From Spirochaetota bacterium (GTDB lineage: Bacteria > Spirochaetota > Spirochaetia > Treponematales > UBA12059): a stretch of DNA of 54,237 bases. The stretch is taken from positions 1-54,237 of the forward strand of contig JAKPMS010000010.1 of assembly GCA_029548805.1 (NCBI GenBank), given 5' to 3'. A program made the position numbers and the translations under genes. Below are positions 36,432 to 44,933 of the stretch, in pieces. Each line of letters opens with the position of its first letter. The first letter of the stretch is position 1. The notes beneath the pieces were generated by a model. The model did not search any database and had not been told where the DNA came from. It was given only the letters and a program-made list of their open reading frames with translations.

Positions 36432-39400
36432 TTCGCACTTGAGGCAGGTGCCGTTGCGAACCAGGGTAAGATGGCCGCAGACGGGGCAGGGGTCACCTTC
36501 GTAACCACGCATTCTTGCCTTTTTTGCTTCGTCTTTAGGCAATACGTTTTTTTTTGCTTCTGTTTTGGGCGCTTCCGGTGCAAAAGCCAGTCTTTCTGCC
36601 ATTCTCCTGGCTTTGCCATTTTGGGTATTGGTAGATTTTAAGTCTTCGGGATTGACCTGCCCTAGATCAAAACGGTCCTGGTAACTGATGGCCAGATCCC
36701 GGAATACGTAATCAAGCACGCTGGTGGCCATTTTTATGTATTCGTGTCCCTGTACCATTCCGTTTGGTTCAAAACGGCTGAAAGTAAATGCGTCGGTATA
36801 TTCTTCCAGAGGCACGCCATACTGCAAGCCCAAAGAGACGGCTATAGCAAATGAGTTTAGCAGGCTTCTGAAAGCGGCTCCTTCTTTGTGCATGTCCAGG
36901 AATATTTCTCCAAGCCGCCCGTCGTCATATTCTCCGGTTCTTACAAATACGGAATGCCCTCCGATTTTGGCTTTTTGCGTATAGCCAAGGCGCCTGTTGG
37001 GCAGGGGCTCCCTTGTTTTCTGGGCAGTTTGGGCAAGATTATCCAGCAGAATATTTTCCTGGTTTAGTCCGGCAGGTTCCGACTGAAGATCAAGCAGCTG
37101 CTCCGCAAGCGGGTCTGCATTGGCAGCAATGGACGACAAGGGTTGTGACAGCTTGGATCCGTCCCTGTAAAGCGCAATGGATTTGAGCATGCTTTTCCAT
37201 GCGCTCATGTAAGCGCCTTTGACATCCTCAAAAGTGGAAGAATTGGGCATGTTTATGGTTTTGGAAATTGCCCCTGAAATAAATGGCTGGGAAGCTGCCA
37301 TCATGGCGATGTGGGCCTGCCATGCTATGGATCTTTGCGCATTTTTTCCAGAAGCCGTGGCTGTATCAAAAACGGGGTAATCCGCTTTTTTCAAGTGGGG
37401 GGCACCTTCTATGCCCATGGTTCCGCAAGTCCAGGTTTCAGCGGCTTCGATTTCTTCCTGGCTAAAACCCATATAGCTCAACAAATCAAAACCTGCTTCG
37501 TTCCTCGCATCAATATCTGCGCCCAAAGAATCCAGTTCTTCCGTGCCCAGAATGCCGGGGTTAAAAACAGAATCCAGGCTCATGGCCGTTTTTAATGCGG
37601 CTTCCGCTTTGGTTAAGGCTGTATCGGAAAAACCCTTGGCTTTTAATGTTTCTAGATTGATAACAGGCGCGTTTTTAAGGGTTCCCGAGCCAAGCATGTA
37701 TAACTTTATGTCTTCTATCTGATTTTCTTTGTACCCTAACGTTTTTAAAGCCGGAACAACTGATGCATTTACAATTTTAAAATATCCGCCGCCGGCCAGT
37801 TTTTTAAACTTGACCAATGCAAAGTCCGGCTCAATGCCGGTAGTATCGCAATCCATTAAAAGGCCTATGGTCCCTGTTGGCGCCACAGCTGTTGTTTGTG
37901 CATTGCGGTAACCGTGTTTTTCTCCCAGGGAAAGGGCTTCGTCCCAGGCATTTCTGGCAGCTTCCAGCAAATATCCCGGCGTTTTATGGGCATCAATGCC
38001 CTTGGGTACAACACTGAGGGCTTCGTACTCGTTGGATTCGGCATTGTAGGCAGCCCTTCTGTGATTGCGCATAACCCTTAACATATACTCCGCATTTGCC
38101 CCGTAACGTGCAAAAGGGCCCAGTTCTTTTGCCATTCTTGCTGACTGGGCATAAGCTTCTCCAGTCATTATGGCACTAAGAGCGGCAGTGATATTGCGCC
38201 CTTCTTCTGAGTCATAGGCCAAACCCATGGTCATTAAAAGTGCCCCCAAGTTGGCATAGCCAAGGCCCAAAGTCCTGTAGTCGTAACTTTTTCTGGCTAT
38301 GGCTTTTGAAGGGAATTGGGCCATCAAGACGGAAATTTCGAGCGTTAGGGTCCACAACCTAACAGCATGACGATAAGCTTCGTTGTCAAACCTTTGCTTT
38401 GCAGCATCATAAAATGACAATAAATTGAGGGATGCCAGGTTGCATGCAGTGTCATCAAGAAACATGTATTCTGAGCATGGGTTGGAAGCCCTGATGGGGC
38501 CGTCGGCGGCACAACAATGCCATTCATTTATGGTTGTATGAAATTGCAGGCCTGGATCGGCGCATTGCCATGCAGACTTTGCAATTCTGTCCCACAAAGT
38601 CCTGGCCTTTACAGTTTTTATTGTTTTGGAATTTTTCCTGGCGGTCAAAGGCCAGTCTTTGTTTTTTGCTATGGCTTCCATAAAATCATTGCTTAGTCTT
38701 ACGGAATTGTTGGAAGCCTGGCCCGAAACAGTATTGTAAGCCTCTCCTTCCCAGGATAAATCAAACAGGGGGCCCAAAATGTCGCTGTCACCATCGGCTA
38801 TCCGCCTTAACAGCTGATAGAGGTATGGGCCGGGCACTCCGGCAGCCAGGGCTGACTTAATGGCTTTGCGCAAATAGGGGTTGGACTCCAATGACAATCT
38901 GTCAGTTGCTGGGATATCGCTCCTGGCTGCCGAATCTTTTATTGCAATGGCATGTTGTCTGAGTGACTTTGATCCTGTGGCCAGGCAGGCTACCTTGTAT
39001 TCTTCTCCGGTTTTCCAGTCTATAAAAGCTTCTATGTCTGGGTGATCCGCGTCCAGGATGACCATTTTTGCAGCACGGCGTGTGGTTCCGCCAGATTTTA
39101 TGGCAGAAGCGGATCGGTCCGCGATTTTTAAAAAGGACAATAGTCCGCTGGATACGCCTCCGCCGGAAAGGTTTTCATTTATGGCCCTGATTTTAGAAAA
39201 GTTGGAACCTGTCCCGGAGCCGTATTTGAAAAGCCTGGCTTCTCTTTCTACAAGATCCATTATGCCGCCCTCGTTTACGAGGTCATCCTCTACATCCAGA
39301 ATAAAGCAGGCATGGGGTTGTGGCCTTTCGTATGCATTTACAGAAGCTTTCAATTCTCCGCTTTTAGGTTCGACATAATAATGCCCCTGGGCCGGCCCTT

Positions 39401-39875
39401 CCAGGCCGTAAACGGCATGAAGGCCCGTGTTAAACCATTGAGGGCTGTTGGGGGCAGCCATCTGCAGCGCAAGCATCCTGCAGCTTTCGTCGTAAAAGGC
39501 TTTTTCATCTTCTTCAGTGTCAAAATATGCCATGGATTTGCCCCAGCTTAGCCAGGTATAAGCCAGCCGATGAAAAACCTGCCGGGCATCATGCTCCGAA
39601 CCGGGGATAGGAGAAGGGTTGGAAGACGCTTGCTGGGATGCCGGAACCCATGCCTTCCAGTCCTCAGCCTTGTCTGCAGGAACCCCTGCTTTTCTTAAAT
39701 ACTTTTGTGCCAATATATCCGTGGCAATTTGGCTCCAGCTGGATGGTACTATAACGCCATCCATGCGGAATACTATGCTGCCGTCACTTGCCCTGATTTC
39801 TGACACACGTTTTTCCCATTTTATTCCCTCATAGGGGCCTTGTCCTGACTTGGTAAACTTGCGATCAACTTTCAT
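36402..39875 (-). CDS. nrdJ: Adenosylcobalamin-dependent (class II) ribonucleotide reductase
   Basis: About 1157 aa with the active-site region ...SNPCSEY..., a TVAPTGTI block and a Cys-rich C-terminal tail (CPVCGH...CLKCETCGSTTGCS). I prefer the start at 39875 (MKVDRKF) because a GGAGG RBS precedes it. Confidence 0.9.
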   Translation of the reverse strand: MKVDRKFTKSGQGPYEGIKWEKRVSEIRASDGSIVFRMDGVIVPSSWSQIATDILAQKYLRKAGVPADKAEDWKAWVPASQQASSNPSPIPGSEHDARQVFHRLAYTWLSWGKSMAYFDTEEDEKAFYDESCRMLALQMAAPNSPQWFNTGLHAVYGLEGPAQGHYYVEPKSGELKASVNAYERPQPHACFILDVEDDLVNEGGIMDLVEREARLFKYGSGTGSNFSKIRAINENLSGGGVSSGLLSFLKIADRSASAIKSGGTTRRAAKMVILDADHPDIEAFIDWKTGEEYKVACLATGSKSLRQHAIAIKDSAARSDIPATDRLSLESNPYLRKAIKSALAAGVPGPYLYQLLRRIADGDSDILGPLFDLSWEGEAYNTVSGQASNNSVRLSNDFMEAIAKNKDWPLTARKNSKTIKTVKARTLWDRIAKSAWQCADPGLQFHTTINEWHCCAADGPIRASNPCSEYMFLDDTACNLASLNLLSFYDAAKQRFDNEAYRHAVRLWTLTLEISVLMAQFPSKAIARKSYDYRTLGLGYANLGALLMTMGLAYDSEEGRNITAALSAIMTGEAYAQSARMAKELGPFARYGANAEYMLRVMRNHRRAAYNAESNEYEALSVVPKGIDAHKTPGYLLEAARNAWDEALSLGEKHGYRNAQTTAVAPTGTIGLLMDCDTTGIEPDFALVKFKKLAGGGYFKIVNASVVPALKTLGYKENQIEDIKLYMLGSGTLKNAPVINLETLKAKGFSDTALTKAEAALKTAMSLDSVFNPGILGTEELDSLGADIDARNEAGFDLLSYMGFSQEEIEAAETWTCGTMGIEGAPHLKKADYPVFDTATASGKNAQRSIAWQAHIAMMAASQPFISGAISKTINMPNSSTFEDVKGAYMSAWKSMLKSIALYRDGSKLSQPLSSIAANADPLAEQLLDLQSEPAGLNQENILLDNLAQTAQKTREPLPNRRLGYTQKAKIGGHSVFVRTGEYDDGRLGEIFLDMHKEGAAFRSLLNSFAIAVSLGLQYGVPLEEYTDAFTFSRFEPNGMVQGHEYIKMATSVLDYVFRDLAISYQDRFDLGQVNPEDLKSTNTQNGKARRMAERLAFAPEAPKTEAKKNVLPKDEAKKARMRGYEGDPCPVCGHLTLVRNGTCLKCETCGSTTGCS

Positions 39876-40007
39876 AAAACCTCCAGAAACACATGACCCA
39901 TACCATTGATGGTATGGCCAAGCCAATCTAACGCAATATACTGTACCTGTCTAGTATTAATTTGTAATTAATGGCCTTCATTTTTAAATCCGATATTAAA
40001 GGGGAGT

Positions 40008-41519
40008 ATGAAAAACCTAGCCGTTATCAACGCCATAAACCTAAAGCCTTATGCTCTAAAACCCCTGTTTGACGGAAAAAGTGCTTTTTCCATGGTTCAG
40101 GATTATTGCAAAAGCCTGGCAAGCGACATACTTGTCCTGGCTGGCAAAGATTTTCCGGTAAAAGGCATAGCTGCGCTGGAGCTGGAAAACAGCAATATGA
40201 GTACGCTGCTGGCAGCAATAAACAAGGAAGCCGGCAAACGACCGGATATAGACACCATTTTGTATGTTCATTGTGATACTCCCTTTCTGGATTTGGACTT
40301 GGGCAGGGAACTTTTGGACATGCATAAGCGTTACCGGGCTGAATACAGTTTTGCCGACGGTTATCCAAGCGGATTTGCTCCGGAAATTCTGAACAAACGC
40401 TGTATTCCCAATCTGCATTTGCTTGCAGAGCGCCATGACTGTAATGCCGGCAAAGACGGATTGTTTGCAGTAATACAGAATGACATAAATTCGTTCGATA
40501 TTGAAACAAAATTGTCCTCTCTGGATTTGCGGGTTTACAGGCTTAAGCCCGTTTGTGACACAAAAATAAACACTTTTTTGGCAGAAAAACTGTGGAGCCT
40601 GGGTGTCAGGTCTGCTATTGATGCCATTAAGCTCATTCCTGCCCATCTGGAACTATTAAGGAATATCCCCGCATTTTTAAGCATCCAGACCAACGAAGCT
40701 TGCCCCCAAGCCTGCAACTATTGCCCTTATCCTCGTATGGCAGGCAACCCGCTCGGGCTAAAAGCCTTTATGAGTATAGACAGGTTTGAACGCATAATGG
40801 CAGAAGCCAAAAACTTGTGGGATGAGCTTGTTGTGGATATTTCTCTTTGGGGCGAGCTTGCTTTGCACCCTGACCCGGCAGCAATTGTGGAATCCGTAAT
40901 GGACAAGGAAGGTTTCAGCCTGATAATCGAAACTTCCGGCTTGGGCTGGAAACCCGGACTTGCAGAGCAGCTTGCAGAAAAATGGGGCAGCAGGATTCAG
41001 TGGATTGTTTCATTGGATGATATAGAAGAAAAAGAATACGAAAAGCTGCGTGATAAAGGCTGGGAAGAAGCCAGTGTTTTTGCAAAAAACATGCTTAAAT
41101 CAGCTAAAGAAAATGTCCATATCCAGGCAGTCAGGATGAAGGAAAACGAGCCAAGGCTGGAAAGCTTTTATCGTTTCTGGAAGCAAGAAGCCAACAATGT
41201 TATAATACAGAAATATGATTCCTTTTCCGGAAGCCTGCCTGACAAAGCTGTAGCCAATCTTGCTCCTATTAAACGTCTGCCTTGCTGGCACCTGGCCAGA
41301 GATATGTCCATTTTACTGGATGGCAGCGTACCAAGCTGCAAACACAGTCTGCTGCAAAAGGGAAGGGTGCTTGGCTACGCGGAAATAGCGGCAAATGTAT
41401 TTGATGACGGCCTTGATACTGCGTGGCAAAGCCTGGGGGGCTGGTTCAAGCGTCATGTGGATGAGGATTATCCAGAAACATGCAGGCATTGCGATGAATA
41501 CTATACCTTTAACGCTTGA
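40008..41519 (+). CDS. Spiro-SPASM-type radical SAM protein with an N-terminal nucleotidyltransferase-like region
   Basis: CX3CX2C is CPQACNYC at 40701-40724. The C-terminal Cys motifs are CWHLARDMSILLDGSVPSC and CRHC. As I recall, this layout matches the spirochaete-restricted spiro-SPASM family. Confidence 0.7.
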   Translation: MKNLAVINAINLKPYALKPLFDGKSAFSMVQDYCKSLASDILVLAGKDFPVKGIAALELENSNMSTLLAAINKEAGKRPDIDTILYVHCDTPFLDLDLGRELLDMHKRYRAEYSFADGYPSGFAPEILNKRCIPNLHLLAERHDCNAGKDGLFAVIQNDINSFDIETKLSSLDLRVYRLKPVCDTKINTFLAEKLWSLGVRSAIDAIKLIPAHLELLRNIPAFLSIQTNEACPQACNYCPYPRMAGNPLGLKAFMSIDRFERIMAEAKNLWDELVVDISLWGELALHPDPAAIVESVMDKEGFSLIIETSGLGWKPGLAEQLAEKWGSRIQWIVSLDDIEEKEYEKLRDKGWEEASVFAKNMLKSAKENVHIQAVRMKENEPRLESFYRFWKQEANNVIIQKYDSFSGSLPDKAVANLAPIKRLPCWHLARDMSILLDGSVPSCKHSLLQKGRVLGYAEIAANVFDDGLDTAWQSLGGWFKRHVDEDYPETCRHCDEYYTFNA

Positions 41520-42456
41520 TTCATACCGTCCCACATATACTGTTATTGGCGGAAGCCGCATAGCACAGAGTACAGAGCATCACCCTGTTTCCATACTGCT
41601 TATAAACAGGGGCCCCCGGCCTTACAGAAGCGCAGCCATTACAGAGCTGCTAAAGGCCGGTTTTCATTCCATCGTATCCATAGAAACGGGAGCCGATACC
41701 CCCGAGCTGGAAGCCATTGCGTCCAGGACTCCTGCGCTAAGGTATATATGCATGCATGAAGAGCATAATCCCGGTATATGCATAAATATAGGTATAAGGG
41801 AATCCCTTGCCCCTTATGTGCTGGTTCTGTGGAATGACATGAGGCTGGCCAGCAGTGCCTTGTCCAGCCGCTTTTTTGAGCGCGTTCTGGAGTTGGACCA
41901 TGCCTGTCTGGCTCCAATGTTTTTTGATTCGGACGGAGCTGTTGTTCCGTCTGTTACCCATCCGGCCCAATCTGGAAAAGCGTTCAGGGTGGTACAGCTT
42001 AACCCGCTAAAGGATGGAGAAAAAAGCCTTTTTCCTTTTGACTATTCAGGTATTTATTCCAGGGAAAAATTCATTATGCTTGGGGGCTATGACTGGACAC
42101 TGCAAAATCCGTATTGGCAGAAACTGGATTTTGGCTTGCGTTGCTGGCTTTGGGGAGAAACAATAAGCCATGTTCAGGCCCTGAAAATAAAATTTGAAGG
42201 AAGCTTGGCTGTAGAAGACCATAGCTATGACGAGGACTATGACAAATTCTGGCTTAAAAACCTTGCCCCGGTGTACAGGGGGGACTCCGCATATATACCT
42301 TTGTCAAAGTTTTTTGGATATATGTGGAGCTCCAAAAAGCACTTAAGCGCTTCTGTAATGGATTTTTCCGCTGCCAGAAATTGGGTAAAAGCCTGTTCTT
42401 ATCGTTTTAAGGCGGATGCTTCCTGTTTGGCAGGCTTGTGGGATCCTATGCCATGA
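41494..42456 (+). CDS. Hypothetical protein, GT-A (family 2) glycosyltransferase-like
   Basis: VSILLINRG...NPGICINIGIRESLAPYVLVLWNDMRL resembles the GT2 N-terminal pattern. The start at 41494 overlaps the upstream gene by 26 nt and is uncertain. Confidence 0.45.
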   Translation: MNTIPLTLDSYRPTYTVIGGSRIAQSTEHHPVSILLINRGPRPYRSAAITELLKAGFHSIVSIETGADTPELEAIASRTPALRYICMHEEHNPGICINIGIRESLAPYVLVLWNDMRLASSALSSRFFERVLELDHACLAPMFFDSDGAVVPSVTHPAQSGKAFRVVQLNPLKDGEKSLFPFDYSGIYSREKFIMLGGYDWTLQNPYWQKLDFGLRCWLWGETISHVQALKIKFEGSLAVEDHSYDEDYDKFWLKNLAPVYRGDSAYIPLSKFFGYMWSSKKHLSASVMDFSAARNWVKACSYRFKADASCLAGLWDPMP

Positions 42457-43133
42457 AGACCGGTTTGATAGTTCAAATGCGCCTGGATTCAAAACGTCTG
42501 CCGCGCAAAGCGCTGCTGCCTTTTGCGGATACCGTGTTGGCAGGATATGTGCTGGAACGGCTTAAAAGGCTTGTGGCGGATGAATACATATTGGCTTGCC
42601 CCGAAGACTCGGCCAAAGAGCTGGCTCCTTATGCTGCTGCTAGCGGTTTTGATATATTTACAGGCCCAAAAGAAGATGTCCTGGCCCGCTATGCATTGGC
42701 TGTAAAAAAATACAGGCTGGATACAGTAATAAGGGCTACAGGCGACAATCCTTTTGTATCCATTCCTTTGGCAAGAATGGCGCTGTCTTTTAAAAATGAT
42801 GCTGATTATATAGCCATTACGGGCATGCCTTTGGGCATGGGTGTAGAAGTGGTAAATGCAAAAGCATTACTGGATGCATACGCTAAGGCAGAAGATCCAT
42901 TTGACAGGGAACATGTATGCCCGTATTTGTATAAAAGGCCAGAATTGTATAAAATTCTGAAACCGGATTGTCCATCCGAGTATTTTTATCCCGATGGACG
43001 ATTGACTATAGATACAGAACAGGATTATCAAAATGCAATACAGCTGCTAGATGCATTGGGCATGGATTGCAGCGATTTTTCAATTCTGTCATGGTTAAAA
43101 TCGTGTGGTGATAAAAAAAGGCAAAACCTGTGA
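42453..43133 (+). CDS. SpsF/PseF-like cytidylyltransferase (acylneuraminate cytidylyltransferase family)
   Basis: MKTGLIVQMRLDSKRLPRKAL... is the typical N-terminal nucleotide-binding motif. I prefer the ATGA-overlap start at 42453. Confidence 0.75.
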   Translation: MKTGLIVQMRLDSKRLPRKALLPFADTVLAGYVLERLKRLVADEYILACPEDSAKELAPYAAASGFDIFTGPKEDVLARYALAVKKYRLDTVIRATGDNPFVSIPLARMALSFKNDADYIAITGMPLGMGVEVVNAKALLDAYAKAEDPFDREHVCPYLYKRPELYKILKPDCPSEYFYPDGRLTIDTEQDYQNAIQLLDALGMDCSDFSILSWLKSCGDKKRQNL

Positions 43134-44872
43134 CAGAAATACTGTTGGTGCCTTCCCTTAGAAAAGGCAATGGCTCCGGACATCTTCAACGCTGTTTTTC
43201 CATTTTGGCGGGCCTTGGCAACAAAGCTGCAATATATTTGCCATCCAGGCCGGAATACGGAAGCTGGTCCAGTGCCGAGTTGAAACTGGCTTTTCCAAAA
43301 CAAACAACCGGAATCAGCATTATCGAATCCATAACGCCGGAGTCAAGCTTCAAGCTTGTAGTGCTGGACAACAGGTTTACACAAAATGATGTTTTGGAGT
43401 TTTGGTCAAGCAAAGGCCCGGTTGCGGCATTGGACGAGTCTGGTCCAGCCAGAAACTTTGCAGACTATATAATTGACATACTTCCCAGCAGGGCCTATAT
43501 GACCAAAGCCAATCTTGCAGGCCTGGGCTATCTGTTTTTGCCAAAAAACAGGAGAACAGCACCGGAAAAGCTGAAACGGGTTTTGGTCAGCTTTGGGGGA
43601 GAAGACCCTGCTGGCCTTGGCAACGCATTTCTTAAAGCTGCCACCGGTATTATTAGGCCGCAAGATATAAGTGTGGTCAGCGGAGCTCTTTCTGCTGCCA
43701 TCAAGTCATACCCCGGTATCATCACCCTTGGGCCAGTGCAAGACCTTAAGGAAAAGCTTTATGCCTATGACCTGGTAGTTTGCCAGTTTGGCTTGACTGC
43801 CTACGAAGCTGCATGGGCAGGCTGTGCCGTGCTTTTGTTAAGCCCAAGCCGGCTGCATGAAGATTTGGGCAAGCAGGCAGGCTTTGTAAGCCTGGGGCTC
43901 GGAAAGCCAACAAAACAGGCTTTACTGGCTGCCCTGTCCAATCCGCAAGTACTCATAGAGTCGAGTAAAAAGGCTGCGCCGCAAGTATCATTAAATTTGT
44001 CTGAAAAAATAGACAGCCTGGAAGCCGACTGTTATTCGGAATGCCCTTTTTGCCGCCAAGGCAAGCTGCCCGCAATTTTCAGAAATGAAATAAAAACCTA
44101 CCGCAGCTGTCCTGAATGCAATACTGTGCTTTTGAGTTCTTTTAGCAGTAAAAAACCTGAATACACGGACGATTCATACTTTTTTGAAGAATATAAAAAG
44201 CAATATGGGCGAACTTACATAGAAGATATTCCCAATATAAGGGAAATGGCTGCGAAGCGCTTAAAAATAATGGAACATATTCAAAATGGCAAAAAGGGCA
44301 GGCTGCTGGATATTGGATGCGCTTATGGAGCTTTTGCTGCAGAAGCACAAGACCGGGGTTGGGAAGCAAGCGGGGCGGATATATCTGCGCAAGCTGTTGA
44401 ATATGTAAAAAAAACCTTCAATCTGCCTGCTTTTGTGGCCGACTTTCAGCTGCCTGCCGCAGACGGCTTTTATCCCAGAAACCTGGATTGTATAAGCATG
44501 TGGTATGTAATTGAGCATTTCAAGGATATAGACAGGGTATTGCAGCGGGCTTCCCATTTGTTAAAGCCAGGAGGGCTGCTGGCTTTTTCCACACCATCTT
44601 TGTCCGGCATATCCGGCAAAAAAAACCCGGAAAAGTTTCTAGAGGCTTCTCCCCTGGACCATTATACTATTTGGAGCCCCAAAAGCGCCCGCCTTATATT
44701 AAAGCGTTATGGCTTTTATATAAAAAAGATCAGGGTTAGCGGTCATCACCCCGAGCGTTTTACTCTTTTTACTTCAAAAGCTGGTACTATTCCGTATAAA
44801 ATCACAATGCTAATATCCAAATTGTTTAAGCTTGGTGATACCTTTGAGTGTTATGCCATTTTAAAAAAATAA
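43130..44872 (+). CDS. Fusion protein: PseG-like glycosyltransferase/hydrolase domain, 4-Cys zinc ribbon, class I SAM-dependent methyltransferase
   Basis: GTGA-overlap start. N-terminal GNGSGHLQRC resembles the PseG GTGHxxRC motif. CPFC...CPEC lies at 44042-44119, and methyltransferase motif I is LLDIGCAYGAF. Confidence 0.6.
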   Translation: MTEILLVPSLRKGNGSGHLQRCFSILAGLGNKAAIYLPSRPEYGSWSSAELKLAFPKQTTGISIIESITPESSFKLVVLDNRFTQNDVLEFWSSKGPVAALDESGPARNFADYIIDILPSRAYMTKANLAGLGYLFLPKNRRTAPEKLKRVLVSFGGEDPAGLGNAFLKAATGIIRPQDISVVSGALSAAIKSYPGIITLGPVQDLKEKLYAYDLVVCQFGLTAYEAAWAGCAVLLLSPSRLHEDLGKQAGFVSLGLGKPTKQALLAALSNPQVLIESSKKAAPQVSLNLSEKIDSLEADCYSECPFCRQGKLPAIFRNEIKTYRSCPECNTVLLSSFSSKKPEYTDDSYFFEEYKKQYGRTYIEDIPNIREMAAKRLKIMEHIQNGKKGRLLDIGCAYGAFAAEAQDRGWEASGADISAQAVEYVKKTFNLPAFVADFQLPAADGFYPRNLDCISMWYVIEHFKDIDRVLQRASHLLKPGGLLAFSTPSLSGISGKKNPEKFLEASPLDHYTIWSPKSARLILKRYGFYIKKIRVSGHHPERFTLFTSKAGTIPYKITMLISKLFKLGDTFECYAILKK

Positions 44873-44933
44873 GAGTATAAAAGTTTCAAAAATGGTGTTT
44901 ATAAATAGACCTGAAACTTTTGTTGGAGATAAA

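Noticed and set aside
36175-36619. The ORF-track N-terminal extension of arcA (to 36309) and the 102-aa minus-strand ORF 36311-36619, which share the peptide PAGVQPAVLNK.SLSYCGSGFALE.
   Set aside because: Both are out-of-frame readings of the duplicated nrdJ 3' segment. arcA has a good RBS and a conserved N-terminus at 36174, and 36311-36619 overlaps the nrdJ coding end.
36402-39875. The length of NrdJ (about 1157 aa) suggested a possible intein insertion.
   Set aside because: The sequence reads colinearly like the long form of class II RNR. I see no intein-type block, such as a Cys/Ser following the splice junction with a downstream ...HN-C/S/T end, interrupting the conserved motifs. I did not test this by alignment, so confidence is moderate.
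39931-39944. An NrdR-box-like AT-rich partial palindrome (ACGCAATATACTGT) upstream of nrdJ.
   Set aside because: Only about 8 of 14 positions are symmetric, and there is no second box at the usual ~3-helical-turn spacing. This is not enough to call a site.
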